The notes below the pieces were generated by a model that saw nothing but the letters and a program-made list of their open reading frames with translations, was not told the origin of the DNA and searched no databases. Shown here one piece after another: positions 63,794-64,000 of a DNA stretch of 64,000 bases (position 1 is the stretch's first letter; each line of letters opens with the position of its first letter). The translations under genes were made by a program, and so were the position numbers. Source of the DNA: Bacillota bacterium (lineage in GTDB: Bacteria > Bacillota > Bacilli > Calditerricolales > Calditerricolaceae); contig PKQU02000001.1 in assembly GCA_017577925.2 (NCBI GenBank), positions 839-64,838 on the forward strand, read 5' to 3'.

Positions 63794-63927
63794 CCCATTG
63801 TACCATAGCTTCGGAAGGGCGAAACGAAGCGCTGCGTGCATAACGGTGCCGGACGTGGGACAGACTAGCGGCGACACGCCTTCCCAAACCACGCCGGCGC
63901 CTTTTTGTGCGCCAGAGGAGGAAGACC

Positions 63928-64000
63928 ATGGTGGAACTGGAATGGGCCCTGGCCGGACGCAGCGGGGAATACGGGGCGATTCGCGCCGTGCTTGAGGGCG
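63928..64000 (+). CDS. 5' end of an unidentified ORF truncated by the window edge
   Basis: ATG after GAGGAGGAAGACC. MVELEWALAGRSGEYGAIRAVLEG... continues to the window end. Confidence 0.4.
   Translation, partial: MVELEWALAGRSGEYGAIRAVLEG

Overview
High-GC (hand spot counts about 65-73% G+C in core genes), Firmicute-like chromosome segment with strong GGAGG-type ribosome-binding sites, sigma-A type promoters, and many overlapping stop/start junctions. Functions were assigned by reading the supplied translations against remembered family motifs. No searches were run, and start codons were chosen by RBS spacing.

Most of the window is housekeeping or catabolic core:
- Three tRNAs (Arg-ACG, Leu-CAA, Gly-UCC).
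- asnB, family-4 UDG, folA, rnhA, queG, ogt, hsp20 and trmL.
- An MTAP-family phosphorylase.
- An ECF sigma/anti-sigma envelope module.
- A GntR-headed homoprotocatechuate (4-hydroxyphenylacetate) meta-cleavage cluster: hpaB, hpaD, hpaE, an FAH-family enzyme and a DapA-family aldolase, followed by a Liv-type ABC uptake system.
- An ABC-2 exporter with a possible large auxiliary membrane protein.
- rocD, leuCD, a fructokinase-like kinase, LysR, two MFS transporters, an aldo/keto reductase and pckA.
- A wrbA/marR pair, a pseudouridine synthase, folB, two methyltransferases and a glycogen debranching enzyme.

Five things stand out:
1. A roughly 7.6 kb low-GC island (about 47.8-55.4 kb). It opens with a consensus promoter and a Sec-secreted 100-aa Cys-containing protein. 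It then carries two permuted copies of a cassette made of three distinct ABC-2-like membrane proteins plus one LanF-like (E-loop) ATPase. A 37-aa ORF and a composition-mosaic junction sit between the two copies. This is my best candidate for an undescribed system.
2. An Rdx/SelW-family gene (63533-63793) that is only full length if an in-frame TGA in a C-x-x-U motif is read as selenocysteine. A hairpin lies at SECIS distance downstream.
3. A small mosaic islet (about 35.7-37.6 kb) with a 30-aa hydrophobic peptide gene, a glutathione peroxidase under a Fur/PerR-type box, and a decayed transposase.
4. A divergent XRE-type HTH gene pair with mirror-image promoter/operator architecture next to tRNA-Gly.
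5. A leaderless GntR regulator gene.

Many long ORFs in the track are antisense artefacts of high GC and were not called.
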